Source: Eledone cirrhosa (lineage: Eukaryota). From it: a DNA stretch of 64,000 nt. Below, piece by piece: positions 1 through 15,205 of the stretch (position 1 is its first letter; every line of letters begins with the position of its first letter). The stretch lies in the NCBI GenBank assembly GCA_964016885.1, contig OZ024743.1, positions 260,524,001 to 260,588,000 of the forward strand, read 5' to 3'. The position numbers and the translations under genes were made by a program. The notes below the pieces were generated by a model, which saw only the letters and a program-made list of their open reading frames with translations, was not told where the DNA came from and made no database searches.

Positions 1-57
<57 letters not shown>

Positions 58-544
58 TATATGGATATGTTGTACATGTGTGCTTATAAATGACTGTGAA
101 TATTTCGATTATATATATTTTTTTAATGGCTCATTTCTGACTGACAGAAATTTCCATGTGGACATTGTTTTAGTCAGTTGTTTTTGATTAATAGTTAGTT
201 ATGAATATTTATGATATAGTCTATTTCCTAGACGGAGAAAGGTTGTATAAGTGTATTGCTGACATAATAGATTTTTTTATTTTAAATATTTATTTTAAAA
301 TAACTATTTATTGATACTTCGTTTTTGTATTTGTTTTACAACATTCTTAATGTGAAATCGTGTATTCAAACAGGTATTGATATACTTCATTACTAAAATA
401 ATCGCTTAATGGATGAATTACTCAAATAATAATAAACGGAAAGGAAACTTACGTGGTGGGCGTTTATTTATTGGCAGTACGACTCTCCCATAATATAACA
501 ATATTTATTGATATTTTTTTTAAAGTCACATATAATAGTACTGA

Positions 545-897
545 GGTGATGGTGCGTGGGTTTGTGCTTAGGGTGCTCAGCTCATGATCATAACGTCATA
601 AATTCGAATGCCGGCAGCGCGTTGTGTCCTTGAGCAAGATACTTTATTTCCCATTGCTCCGGTTTTCTTGACTGACCAAAAGGAGTTGCGCCTCTAATTC
701 AAAGGGGCAGCTTTGTCATACACTGTGCCACACTGAATCTCCCTGGGAATTATTTTACGGTTTACACCTGTTTGTGGAATGCTCAGCCACTTGTATGTTA
801 ATTTCACGAGCAAGCTTTTCTGCTGGTCGTATAAACTGGAACACGCAATGTTGTAACCGTTGTAACCGACGGAAGTCCAACACACACATACACACAC
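545..897 (+). mobile_element. tRNA-derived CORE-type SINE (degenerate)
   Basis: tRNA-like head followed by TTGTGTCCTTGAGCAAGATACTT, matching the CORE-SINE motif TGTGTCCTTGGGCAAGTCACTT; a related copy lies at ~3555-3840; (CA)n tail. Confidence 0.6.
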
Positions 898-1011
898 AGT
901 TTCAATGTCACTAGATCTAAGCAGTATCGGCCTCGGCCTTTCCCTTTGACATCACATATAGTGTGTATATAATGTATGTATTATGTATAGTGTATATATA
1001 TAGTATATGTG

Positions 1012-1096
<85 letters not shown>

Positions 1097-1349
1097 TAAA
1101 TGAGAAAAACTCTAATTCTGGGAGTATAAACAAGTTGGACGAAAATCATTTTCTATCTAACTTCGCGTATATATAGGTTTCCCTACCATGGTTTCGTGTT
1201 TTATTATTTCGTGTATTATTATTTTATTATCTTGAATTATTATTGGAACCACCAATAATTCAAGAATCCGCCATACTCTTCAAGTCTAAGAGAAATGGAA
1301 CAATATATAATATATACTGTTTCCAAAGCCGAGGGAGTGTGGTGAAATA

Positions 1350-1562
1350 ATGGTTTCTCATATAGGCACAAAGCCAGTGATTTGGGCAGGGAGTCGATTA
1401 AATCGACCCCAGTGCGTGACTGGCACTTTATTTTATCGATACCATAAGGATAAAAGGCAGAGTTAACCTCGGTGAGATTTGAATTCACATCATAAAGGGT
1501 CGTAACTCTATGCTGCAAAGCATGGCGATCACCCTCTACCGATACTGCCAACCCACCGCCCT
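1350..1562 (-). mobile_element. SINE family A (tRNA head + conserved central domain), near full length
   Basis: Minus strand has A-box-like TGGCAGTATCGGTAG, B-box-like GAATTCAAATCTCACC and a diverged copy of the GCCTTTCATCCTTACGGGGTCGATAAAATAAAGTACCAGT core; more than 15 copies in the window. Confidence 0.85.
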
Positions 1563-1712
1563 CAGTATGGTGAAATAATAACACGAGTAGTGTTACGTTC
1601 TCAAATCTCTTAAGGATATTACGACTACTTGACATGCTTATAATGTCACTAGAAATAGCAGTCTAAAGACCGTCTGGTACAGCTCGACAGATTTCGTTTA
1701 ATATTAATAACA

Positions 1713-1840
1713 GGTTAATTAGTCTCTAATACTGAAACATCTCTATGAAAGAAATCTCAGAAAAAGCAATATTATATAGTAAATGCTTGTCTGAGAGATT
1801 TCTTTCATTGAGATGTTTGGGTATTAGAGACTAAATAACC
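1713..1840. repeat. imperfect fold-back hairpin (~60-bp arms) next to (TA)n
   Basis: GGTTAATTAGTCTCTAATAC... pairs with ...GTATTAGAGACTAAATAACC. Confidence 0.8.
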
Positions 1841-2899
1841 TTTGATATATATATATATATATTAAATCGGTTGCAACGTTTTTCGAAATATTTACTTCTG
1901 CGTTCACAGATTGATTTTTTTAGTTTCAGAAGATCCCGTTAAGGGTGAAATCACCGATTCTTTGCTTAAACTTTAATCTGTTATTTTAAGATATATATAT
2001 ATATATATATATATATGGAAAAGAATGACTTCATCTGTAGCTCTAAACAATTTAATTTAATTTTATAATATTATGATTTCGCAATTTGGTTTTGTAGATC
2101 TAGTTAGTCCTTTGTTAACTTCGGTGGGGAGATATTTAAAGATTCCTGGTTAACGTTCCTAGAGAACTTTCTCACATTCGTCGGTGGCGATTGTCATATA
2201 TATATATATGTGTGTGTGTGTGTGTTTGTATATATAAATTACAGAATAATCAAAACTATGTTCAAAACATGTTATTGCTGATAATCGTTTCTTCCAAACT
2301 TTCGTTTGGAATCATCGGAGCACTAGCAAAGTTTAGACATATAATTAACCTCCTATTCCACAGAACAATTGTAAAGATACGTAGATGTTAGTGTTGTCAT
2401 TAACAGTGTCATATTTAAAGAGTGAAGATGGCGTGGACAGTATCAGTGGATGCGACAAAGATTAGAAAAGAATAATACAACAATTATAGAGGAATTAAAG
2501 AAGAAAGTTACTCGCAAAATGAGGACATTAGCGGTACATTAGGTATTAGGCATGTACTCACAACACATGCACATCTGAACATTACCGGAAGAATTATCAC
2601 ATAGCATCCACCATAAACTTCATACAAACTGCTTTTCATACCCACGCATCTCTGTCTGCTTAATATGCTTTTATACCTGTATTGTATTATGTGATACCTT
2701 TGCCATACTGTGATATATATGCTTAGTACCATTGCTTGTTTCTTACCTGGTTATTCTGTACATACCTAATACCTATGCACTCTTTCTATACGTTTGCATA
2801 TGTGCCTAAATTAGAAACTATTATTCAAGATTAGCAGAAGCGTTAAAGCGGTATTTAATTCGTATCTTTATTTCTCAGTTAAAATCCTGCTGTGGTAAA

Positions 2900-3083
2900 C
2901 TGGGGAAGGGGAAAGTCGATTATATCTACCCTAGTACTTCGTTGGTACTTTATTTCATGGATCTCGGATAGTGAAAGGCAAAAATGACTTCAGCAGGATT
3001 TGAACTCAGGGCGTAGAATGTTGTGACTAAATACTGCAAAGCATCTTTCCGACGCGTTACCGATACTGCCAATCCATTGCCCT
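2900..3083 (-). mobile_element. SINE family A, diverged copy
   Basis: TTGGTACTTTATTT...GAAAGGCAAA...GGATTTGAACTCAG...CCGATACTGCCAATCC; a further decayed copy lies at ~3275-3430. Confidence 0.75.
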
Positions 3084-3554
3084 CACCACCTGGAATAATA
3101 TGTACGTATGGACCCGTAACTCTTGATGAAGTCGGAGGGGCGCCATATTGACAAACGGCGTTATTTGGGCATTTTCAAACCTAGCGAAGCCTATCACCCC
3201 TGAGATCAGAACGCAGAAGGATTTCTTCCAGAAAATGATAGAGAGTGAGAGAAAGGATGTAAGAAAGATTTAGAGGAAGAATCGACCCAGTATTGGACTA
3301 GTACCCTTTTATCAACCTCGAAAGGATGAAAATTAAAGTTGACTTCGGCTTTGAACTCAGAAAGCAGGTAACTAGAAGGAATACCACAAAGCATTCTATC
3401 CGACGTTCTAATGAATTTGCCAACCCGCTACATGGAATAATGATATAATATTGGTTTATTGTAACTATATATTAGACAAATTGTGTAGTAGAAAGGCTAC
3501 GATTAATTGAATTGGTTATATATAATTAATACATATTTTATAGAGCAAGAGTGA

Positions 3555-3840
3555 AGATGCCTGACATAGTGGTTAGGTAAAATCGTGAGCTCGATTCATG
3601 GTAGTGCGTTGTGTCCTTAAGCAAAACGGTATGTCACTTTCCTACACTTAACTCAGCTGAAAAACTAAGGTGTACCTGTAATTCAAATGACCAGCCCTGT
3701 CATACAATGTTTCGCTGAATCACTTTGAGATTAAAGGTACACGTGCCTGTGGAATGCTAAGACTCTTACATGGAAAATCCCCAAGTTTGCTGTTCTATTC
3801 ATCAATCAACTGGAACAGTCATCGTCATAACCGATGTAGG
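3555..3840 (+). mobile_element. CORE-type SINE, diverged copy
   Basis: GCGTTGTGTCCTTAAGCAA and downstream blocks (AATTCAAA, CTGAATC, TGTGGAATGCT) shared with 545-897. Confidence 0.55.
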
Positions 3841-3883
3841 TCCAACAATAGCAACGAGGGATGTGGTCATTATTAGAACTGAA

Positions 3884-4045
3884 GGGCGCCATGTTTTGCA
3901 GCACAAAGTTACGGCATTTTACGGTCTGAGTTCAAATCCCGCTGAGGTTAACTTTGCCTTTCATCCTTACGGGGTCGATAAAATAAAGTACCAGTAATGT
4001 ACTGGGATAATTGCTGGCCTTGTGCCAAAAGTAGAAACAATTATT
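3884..4045 (+). mobile_element. SINE family A, 5'-truncated, with 15-bp target-site duplication
   Basis: ATTATTAGAACTGAA at 3869-3883 and 4040-4054 flanks the element. Confidence 0.9.
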
Positions 4046-4901
4046 AGAACTGAACGAGAGCCTTCCACAACTCTTTAGTGATAGCTATCTGATTGTTAAG
4101 AAGGATATTATTTAACAAAGTGGAAAGGTTCACACATTTTTACGTATTGAAAGCCAAGAGGGAAGCAAGCTATTCAATTATAAATGACGCAAAATATGAA
4201 ATAACTTCAACCAGATATCGAAACATGGTCACCGGGATTCAATTCTACCAGGAAGCAACCTTTTGTTTTACTGTACTCTCTGTGGGTGGCAAAATATTTC
4301 AGTGAAATTCAATTTTCGCTGTGTATTAATGGCAAACAAGCGGAAATGAAGTGTAAGTTAACATGGTGCAATTGGCAACAATGAAAATAATTAAAAAAAA
4401 TAAAAGATAAACAAGTAAAAGAAAGTAAACAAAACAAATAGTGTGAAATGCTCTTGAAGGTTTGTGTATGATGCATAATTGCCAGTAATTTATTCATGCA
4501 ACACTATTAAATTTAAACATATGCGCTTGAGGAGACCACCATGGCAAATGGTATGCTTTTGCAAATGGAAGCTTTTTTTATAATCACAGAAACCAATGAG
4601 ACACTCGCGGCAGTGACTCTCTTGTTTCTCTTCCCCATCTCTCTATCTCTAAAGACAATGACTGGTTTTACCTCGTACTATCACCTCTTCTAAGCACCAT
4701 CATTACCATCGCCATCATTATTTTACTACAGTAACGCCATTGCCATCACAACTATGATCGTCTGTAATGTCTCACGTTCATCACTATCATCAGCACGACT
4801 ATCAACTTCTGTACTATCACAAGAGAATTATCATGTCAGTTAACACAACCACCTCTAAGACCGCAACCACTACAGAAATATCAACGTCTGTCTGCTTTAT
4901 G

Positions 4902-4932
<31 letters not shown>

Positions 4933-4996
4933 CTTCTTCTTCTTCTTCTTCTTCTTCTTCTTCTTCTTCTTCTTCTTCTTCTTCTTCTTCTTCTGT

Positions 4997-5050
<54 letters not shown>
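4902..5050. repeat. (CTT)n followed by (ACT)n microsatellites
   Basis: Read directly from the sequence. Confidence 0.97.
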
Positions 5051-5119
5051 CACTCTACTAAAATCTGCGGTTTTTCACTTTCACAACCAAAACGTACCAG
5101 CTAAACCAGCATTTTGCTC

Positions 5120-8100
5120 AACAATAACACTGCCACCACTACCACCACTACCACCAATACCACTGTCACCACTACCACCGATAACACTGTTACCACTAAC
5201 TCCAATAACAATGTGTCAACACTACCTCAAATAACACTGCCACCGCTACCTCAAATAACACGGTCAACACTAACACCAATAACACTCTCCCCACCACCTC
5301 CAATAATACTGTGTACCAATACCTAGAATAACACTGTCACCACTAACTCCAATAACACTGTCACCAATACCTAGAATAACACTGTCACCACTAACTCCAA
5401 TAACACTGTCACCACTACCACCAATAACACTGTCACCACTCCCTCAAATAACACTGTCACCACTACCTCGAATAACACTGTCACCACTAACTCCAATAAC
5501 ACTGTCACCACTACCACCAATAACACTGTCACCACTCCCTCAAATAACACTGTCACCACTACCTAAAAAAACACTGTCAACAATACCTCCAATAACACTG
5601 TCATCACTACCACCAATAAAACTGTCACTACTACCACCAATAAAACTGTCACTTCTACCGCCAATAACACTGTCATCACTACCTCCAATAACACTGTCAT
5701 CACTACCTCCAATAACACTGTCATCACTACCTCCAATAACACTGTCAACACTACCTCCAATAACACTGTCATCACTACCTCCAATAACAGTCACCACTAC
5801 CTCCAATAACACTGTCACCACTACCTCAAATAACACTGTCACCACTACCTCCAATAACACTGTCATCACTACCTCCAATAACACTGTCATCACTACCTCC
5901 AATAACACTGTCAACACTACCTCCAATAACACTGTCATCACTACCTCCAATAACAGTCACCACTACCTCCAATAACACTGTCATCACTACCTCCAATAAC
6001 ACTGTCAACACTACCTCCAATAACAGCCACCACTACCTCCAATAACACTGTCACCACTACCTCCAATAACAGTCACCACTACCTCCAATAACAGTCACCA
6101 CTACCTCCAATAACACTGTCACCACTACCTCCAATAACACTGTCATCACTACCTCCAATAACAGTCACCTCTACCTCCAATAACACTGTCACCACTACCT
6201 CCAATAACAGTCACCACTACCTCCAATAACACTGTCATCACTACCTCCAATAACACTGTCACCAATACCTCCAATAACACTGTCATCACTACCTCCAATA
6301 ACAGTCACCACTACCTCCAATAACACTGTCATCACTACCTCCAATAACACTGTCAACACTACCTCCAATAACAGTCACCACTACCTCCAATAACAGTCAC
6401 CACTACCTCCAATAACAGTCACCACTACCTCCAATAACACTGTCATCACTACCTCCAATAACAGTCACCACAACCACCAATAACACTGTCACCACTACCT
6501 CCAATAACACTGTCATCACTACCTCCAATAACACTGTCACCACTACCTCCAATAACACTGTCACCACTACCTCCAATAACACTGTCATCACTACCTCTAA
6601 TAACACTATCACCACTACCTCCAATAATACTGTCACCACTACCTCCAATAACACTGTCACCACTACCTCCAATAACACTGTCATCACTACCTCCAATAAC
6701 ACTGTCATCACTACCTCTAATAACACTGTCACCACTACCTCTAATAACACTGTCATCACTACCTCCAATAACACTGTCATCACTACCTCCAATAACAGTC
6801 ACCACTACCTCCAATAACAGTCACCACTACCTCCAATAACAGTCACCACTACCTCCAATAACAGTCACCACTACCTCCAATAACACTGTCACCACTACCT
6901 CCAACAACACTGTCACCACTACCACCAATAACACCGTCACCACTCCCTCAAATAACACTGTCACCACTACCTAAAAAAACACTGTCAACAATACCTCCAA
7001 TAACACTGTCATCACTACCACCAATAACACTGTCACTACTACCACCAATAAAACTGTCACTTCTACCGCCAATAACACTGTCATCACTACCTCCAATAAC
7101 ACTGTCATCACTACCTCCAATAACACTGTCATCACTACCTCCAATAACACTGTCAACACTACCTCCAATAACACTGTCATCACTACCTCCAATAACAGTC
7201 ACCACTACCTCCAATAACACTGTCACCACTACCTCAAATAACACTGTCACCACTACCTCCAATAACACTGTCATCACTACCTCCAATAACACTGTCATCA
7301 CTACCTCCAATAACACTGTCAACACTACCTCCAATAACACTGTCATCACTACCTCCAATAACAGTCACCACTACCTCCAATAACACTGTCATCACTACCT
7401 CCAATAACACTGTCAACACTACCTCCAATAACAGCCACCACTACCTCCAATAACACTGTCACCACTACCTCCAATAACAGTCACCACTACCTCCAATAAC
7501 AGTCACCACTACCTCCAATAACACTGTCACCACTACCTCCAATAACACTGTCATCACTACCTCCAATAACAGTCACCTCTACCTCCAATAACACTGTCAC
7601 CACTACCTCCAATAACAGTCACCACTACCTCCAATAACACTGTCATCACTACCTCCAATAACACTGTCACCAATACCTCCAATAACACTGTCATCACCAC
7701 CTCCAATAACAGTCACCACTACCTCCAATAACACTGTCATCACTACCTCCAATAACACTGTCAACACTACCTCCAATAACAGTCACCACTACCTCCAATA
7801 ACAGTCACCACTACCTCCAATAACAGTCACCACTACCTCCAATAACACTGTCATCACTACCTCCAATAACAGTCACCACAACCACCAATAACACTGTCAC
7901 CACTACCTCCAATAACACTGTCATCACTACCTCCAATAACACTGTCACCACTACCTCCAATAACACTGTCACCACTACCTCCAATAACACTGTCATCACT
8001 ACCTCTAATAACACTATCACCACTACCTCCAATAATACTGTCACCACTACCTCCAATAACACTGTCACCACTACCTCCAATAACACTGTCGTCACTACCT

Positions 8101-11100
8101 CCAACAACACTGTCACCACTACCTCCAATAACACTGTCATCACTACCTCCAATAACACTGTCATCACTACCTCTAATAACACTGTCACCACTACCTCTAA
8201 TAACACTGTCATCACTACCTCCAATAACACTGTCATCACTACCTCCAATAACAGTCACCACTACCTCCAATAACAGTCACCACTACCTCCAATAACAGTC
8301 ACCACTACCTCCAATAACAGTCACCACTACCTCCAATAACACTGTCACCACTACCTCCAACAACACTGTCACCACTACCTCCAATAACACTGTCACCACT
8401 ACCTCCAATAACAGTCACCACTACCTCCAATAACACTGTCACCACTACCTCCAATAACACTGTCAACACTACCTCCAATAACACTGTCATCACTACCTCC
8501 AATAACAGTCACCACTACCTCTAGTAACACTGTCATCACTACCTCCAATAACAGTCACCACTACCTCCAATAACACTGTCACCACTACCTCCAATAACAG
8601 TCACCACTACCTCCAATAACACTGCCATCACTACCTCCAATAACACTGTCACCACTACCTCCAATAACACTGTCATCACTACCTCCAATAACACTGTCAC
8701 CACTACTTCTAATAAAACTGTCATCACTAACTCCAATAACACTGTCATCACTACCTCCAATAACACTGTCACCACTACCTCCAATAACACTGTCACCACT
8801 ACCTCCAATAACAGTCACCACTACCTCTAATAACACTGTCACCACTACCTCCAATAACACTGTCACCACTACCTCCAATAACACTGGCACCACTACCTCC
8901 AATAACACTGTCGTCACTACCTCCAACAACACTGTCACCACTACCTCCAATAACACTGTCGTCACTACCTCCAACAACACTGTCACCACTACCTCCAATA
9001 ACACTGTCACCACTACCTCTAATAACACTGTCACCACTACCTCCAATAACAGTCACCACTACCTCCAATAACAGTCACCACTACCTCCAATAACAGTCAC
9101 CACTACCTCCAATAACACTGTCCCCACTACCTCCAATAACACTGTCATCACTACCTCCAATAACAGTCACCAATACCTCCAATAACACTGTCAACACTAC
9201 CTCCAATAACACTGTCAACACTACCTCCAATAACACTGTCAACACTACCTCCAATAACACTGTCAACACTACCTCCAATAACAGTCACCACTACCTCCAA
9301 TAACACTGTCACCACTACCTCCAATAACACTGTCATCACTACCTCCAATAACAGTCACCACTACCTCCAATAACACTGTCAACACTACCTCCAATAACAC
9401 TGTCATCACTACCTCCAATAACACTGTCATCACTACCTCCAATAACAGTCACCACTACCTCCAATAACACTGTCATCACTACCACCAATAACTGTCACCA
9501 CTACCTCCAATAACACTGTCACCACTACCTCCAATAACAGTCACCACTACCTCCAATAGCACTGTCACTACTATCTCCAATAACACTGTCACCACTACCT
9601 TCAATAACACTGCCACCACTAACTCCAATAACACTGTCACCACTACCACCAATAACTGTCACCACTACCTCCAATAACACTGTCATCACTACCTCCAATA
9701 ACAGTCACCACTACCTCCAATAACACTGTCACCACTACCTCCAATAACACTGTCATCACTACCTCCAATAACACTGTCATCACTACCTCCAATAACAGTC
9801 ACCACTACCTCCAATAACACTGTCACTACTATCTCCAATAACACTGTCACCACTACCTCCAATAACACTGTCACCACTACCTCCAATAACACTGTCACCA
9901 CTACCTTCAATAACACTGCCTCACTAACTCCAATAACACTGTCACCACTACCACCAATAACTGTCACCACTACCTCCAATAACACTGTCAACACTACCTC
10001 CAATAACACTGTCACCACTACCACCAATAACTGTCACCACTACCTCCAATAACACTGTCATCACTACCTCCAATAACACTGTCATCACTACCTCCAATAA
10101 CAGTCACCACTACCTCCAATAACACTGTCATCACTACCACCAATAACTGTCACCACTACCTCCAATAACACTGTCACCACTACCTCCAATAACAGGCACC
10201 ACTACCTCCAATAACACTGTCACTACTATCTCCAATAACACTGTCACCACTACCTTCAATAACACTGCCACCACTAACTCCAATAACACTGTCACCACTA
10301 CCACCAATAACTGTCACCACTACCTCCAATAACACTGTCATCACTACCTCCAATAACACTGTCATCACTACCTCCAATAACAGTCACCACTACCTCCAAT
10401 AACACTGTCACTACTATCTCCAATAACACTGTCACCACTACCTCCAATAACACTGTCACCACTACCTCCAATAACACTGTCACCACTACCTTCAATAACA
10501 CTGCCACCACTAACTCCAATAACACTGTCACCACTACCACCAATAACTGTCACCACTACCTCCAATAACACTGTCAACACTACCTCCAATAACACTGTCA
10601 CCACTACCACCAATAACTGTCACCACTACCTCCAATAACACTGTCATCACTACCTCCAATAACACTGTCATCACTACCTCCAATAACAGTCACCACTACC
10701 TCCAATAACACTGTCATCACTACCACCAATAACTGTCACCACTACCTCCAATAACACTGTCACCACTACCTCCAATAACAGTCACCACTACCTCCAATAA
10801 CACTGTCACTACTATCTCCAATAACACTGTCACCACTACCTTCAATAACACTGCCACCACTAACTCCAATAACACTGTCACCACTACCACCAATAACTGT
10901 CACCACTACCTCCAATAACACTGTCATCACTACCTCCAATAACAGTCACCACTACCTCCAATAACACTGTCACCACTACCTCCAATAACACTGTCATCAC
11001 TACCTCCAATAACACTGTCATCACTACCTCCAATAACAGTCACCACTACCTCCAATAACACTGTCACTACTATCTCCAATAACACTGTCACCACTACCTC

Positions 11101-14100
11101 CAATAACACTGTCACCACTACCTCCAATAACACTGTCACCACTACCTTCAATAACACTGCCACCACTAACTCCAATAACACTGTCACCACTACCACCAAT
11201 AACTGTCACCACTACCTCCAATAACACTATCAACACTACCTCCAATAACACTGTCACCACTACCACCAATAACTGTCACCACTACCTCCAATAACACTGT
11301 CATCACTACCTCCAATAAGTCACCACTACCTCCAACAACAGTCACCACTACCTACAATAACACTGTCACCACTACCTCCAATAACACTGTCATCACTACC
11401 TCCAATAACACTGGCATCACTACCTCCAATAACACTGTCACCACTACCTCTAATAACACTGTCAACACTACCTCCAATAACAGTCACCACTACCTCCAAT
11501 AACAGTCACCACTACCTCCAACAACACTGTCATCACTACCACCAATAACTGTCACCACTACCTCCAATAACACTGTCACCACTACCTCCAGTAACAGTCA
11601 CCACTACCTCCAATAACACTGTCACTACTATCTCCAATAACACTGTCACCACTACCTCCAATAACACTGTCACCACTACCTCCAATAACACTGTCACCAC
11701 TACCTTCAATAACACTGCCACCACTAACTCCAATAACACTGTCACCACTACCTCCAATAACACTGTCATCACTACCACCAATAACTGTCACCACTACCTG
11801 CAATAACACTGTCATCACTACCTCCAATAACAGTCACCACTACCTCCAATAACACTGTCACCACTACCTCAAATAACAGTCACCACTACCACCAATAACA
11901 CTGTCACCACTACCTCCAATAACACTGTCACCACTACCTCCAATAACACTGTCACCACTACCTCCAATAACACTGTCACAACTACCTCCAATAACACTGT
12001 CATCACTACCACCAATAACAGTCACCACTACCTCCAATAACACTGTCACCACTACCTCCAATAACAGTCACCACTACCACCAATAACACTGTCACCACTA
12101 CCTCCAATAACACTGTCACCACTACCTCCAATAACACTGTCACCACTACCTCCAATAACACTGTCACCACTACCTCCAACAACACTGTCACCACTACCTC
12201 CAATAACACTGTCACCACTACCTCCATAACACTGTCAACACTACCTCAAATAACACAGTCACCACTACCTCCAATAATACTGTCACCACTACCTCCAATA
12301 ACACTGTCACCACTACCTCCAATAACACTGTCATCACTACCTACAATAACACTGTCACCACTACCTCCAATAACACTGTCAACACTACCTCCAATAACAC
12401 TGTCACCACTACCTCCAATAACACTGTCATCACTACCTCCAATAACAGTCACCACTACCTCCAATAACACTGTCACCACTACCTCCAACAACACTGTCAC
12501 CACTATCTCCAATAACACTGTCACCACTACCTCCATAACACTGTCAACACTACCTCAAATAACACAGTCACCACTACCTCCAATAATACTGTCACCACTA
12601 CCTCCAATAACACTGTCACCACTACCTCCAATAACACTGTCATCACTACCTACAATAACACTGTCACCACTACCTCCAATAACACTGTCAACACTACCTC
12701 CAATAACACTGTCACCACTACCTCCAATAACACTGTCATCACTACCTCCAATAACAGTCACCACTACCTCCAATAACACTGTCACCACTACCTCCAATAA
12801 CACTGTCACCACTATCTCCAATAACACTGTCACCACTACCTCCAATAACACTGTCATCACTACCTCCAATAACACTGTCATCACTACCTCCAATAACTGT
12901 CGTCACTACCTCCAATAACACTGTCAACACTACCTCCAATAACACTGTCAACACTACCTCCAATAACACTGTCATCACTACCTCCAATAACAGTCACCAC
13001 TACCTCCAATAACACTGTCAACACTACCTCCAATAACACTGTCAACACTACCTCCAATAACACTGTCATCACTACCTCCAATAACAGTCACCACTACCTC
13101 CAATAACACTGTCATCACTACCTCCAATAACACTGTCACCACTACCTCCAATAACACTGTCGTCACTACCTCCAATAACACTGCCACCACTACCTCCAAT
13201 AACACTGTCATCACTACCACCAATAACAGTCACCACTACCTCCAATAACACTGTCACCACTACCTCCAATAACACTGTCATCACTACCTCCAATAACACT
13301 GTCACCACTACCTCCAATAACACTGTCGTCACTACCTCCAATAACACTGTCACCACTACCTCCAATAACACTGTCACCACTACCTCCAATAACACTGTCA
13401 TCACTACCTCCAATAACAGTCACCACTACCTCCAATAACACTGTCATCACTACCTCCAATAACACTGTCACCACTACCTCCAATAACACTGTCGTCACTA
13501 CCTCCAATAACACTGTCACCACTACCTCCAATAACACTGTCGTCACTACCTCCAATAACACTGTCAACACTACCTCCAATAACACTGTCATCACCACCTC
13601 CAATAACACTGTCACCACTACCTCCAATAACACTGTCGTCACTACCTCCAATAACACTGTCAGCACTACCTCCAATAACACTGTCACCACTACCTCCAAT
13701 AACACTGCCATCACTACCTCCAATAACACTGTCACCACTACCTCCAATAACACTGTCACCACTACCTCCAATAACACTGTCACCACTACCTCCAATAACA
13801 CTGCCGTCACTACCTCCAATAACACTGCCATCACTACCTCCAATAACACTGTCACCACTACCTCCAATAACACTGTCGTCACTACCTCCAATAACACTGT
13901 CAACACTACCTCCAATAACACTGTCACCACTACCTCCAATAACACTGTCACCACTACCTCCAATAACACTGTCAACACTACCTCCAATAACACTGTCACC
14001 ACTACCTCCAATAACACTGTCACCACTACCTCCAATAACACTGTCACCACTACCTCCAATAACACTGTCATCACTACCTCCAATAACACTGTCACCACTA

Positions 14101-14416
14101 CCTCCAATAACACTGTCAACACTACCTCCAATAACACTGTCATCACTACCTCCAATAACACTGTCAACACTACCTCCAATAACACTGTCACCACTACCTC
14201 CAATAACACTGTCACCACTACCTCCAATAACACTGTCACCACTACCTCCAATAACACTGTCACCACTACCTCTAATAACACTGTCACCACTACCACCAAT
14301 AACTGTCACCACTACCTCAAATAACACTGTCGTCACTACCTCTAATAACACTGTCATCACTACCTCCAATAACACTGTCGTCACTACCTCCAATAACACT
14401 GTCAACACTACCTCCA
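5120..14416. repeat. ~9.3 kb minisatellite, unit CCAATAACACTGTCACCACTACCT (24 bp) with 22-bp variant CCAATAACAGTCACCACTACCT
   Basis: Continuous tandem array; source of the VVTVLLEV / GGSGDSVI pseudo-ORFs. Confidence 0.98.
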
Positions 14417-15119
14417 GTTCTATAACCACTTATTAGTAATTCCATCATCATTAGTACTATCATCATCATCATCATCATATTCTCTACCATCATAGTTCCC
14501 TTTATAATGGTGTTCAACTCACTACAATTATTTCACGACAACACTTCAACACCCTTCGATGATCACATGTGTTATACACTAAAACAGATCTATTTATCCC
14601 TCATGATGCTACTGGTATTGGTGCTGTTCGGCATCATCTTCCTTGTCATGGCTTTCACTCCCGTCGCCTTCGTCATTGTACCCATCACTGCCGGTGATAC
14701 CATTTCACAGTCTGCTACCCCCACACCCACATGTCTTTCATATTATCGCCCCCACCATCACCATCATCATCATCATCTTCTTCTTCTTCCCCGTCTCCGT
14801 CATCACTCTCCAACAAATCCCTTTCTATACAATAGTGAAATTGAAAACCTAATTAGAAATGATGAGCTTGGATGACCGATGTAGCTGTATGGAGGGGTCT
14901 GGTGACTGTTTGGTATTGTGGAGGATTGAGGTGGGAGAATGTAGAAGTTAATCGCGATGGTAATGAAGAATATAATGATGATGAAGAAGAAAATTACATC
15001 AGCAATACCAACAACTACCATCGCCACAATTCCAACGACCTTACACATATTTTACTCACATCAACTGAGGGGAGACCATCCACCAAATAAACTAACCACT
15101 TAAGTAACCAATCTCCTAC

Positions 15120-15121
<2 letters not shown>

Positions 15122-15205
<84 letters not shown>

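Noticed and set aside
1184-1283. Minus-strand TTGAAGA...GAAACCATGGTA hammerhead-like remnant
   Set aside because: Helix III palindrome and an internal hairpin are present, but helix I does not pair and the GAAA segment is duplicated; too degenerate to call.
1925-1960. CAGAAGATCCCGTTAAGGGTGAAAT, plus similar relics at ~24095-24130 and ~57330-57370 (minus)
   Set aside because: Core substitutions and no helix I/III support; possibly decayed hammerheads but not defensible.
5120-14416. CRISPR-like regular repeat
   Set aside because: No unique spacers, no cas genes, and a eukaryotic context.
5371-14429. Dozens of VVTVLLEV / GGSGDSVI ORFs
   Set aside because: Translations of a stop-poor minisatellite; frames switch at 22-bp units and starts are mostly non-ATG.
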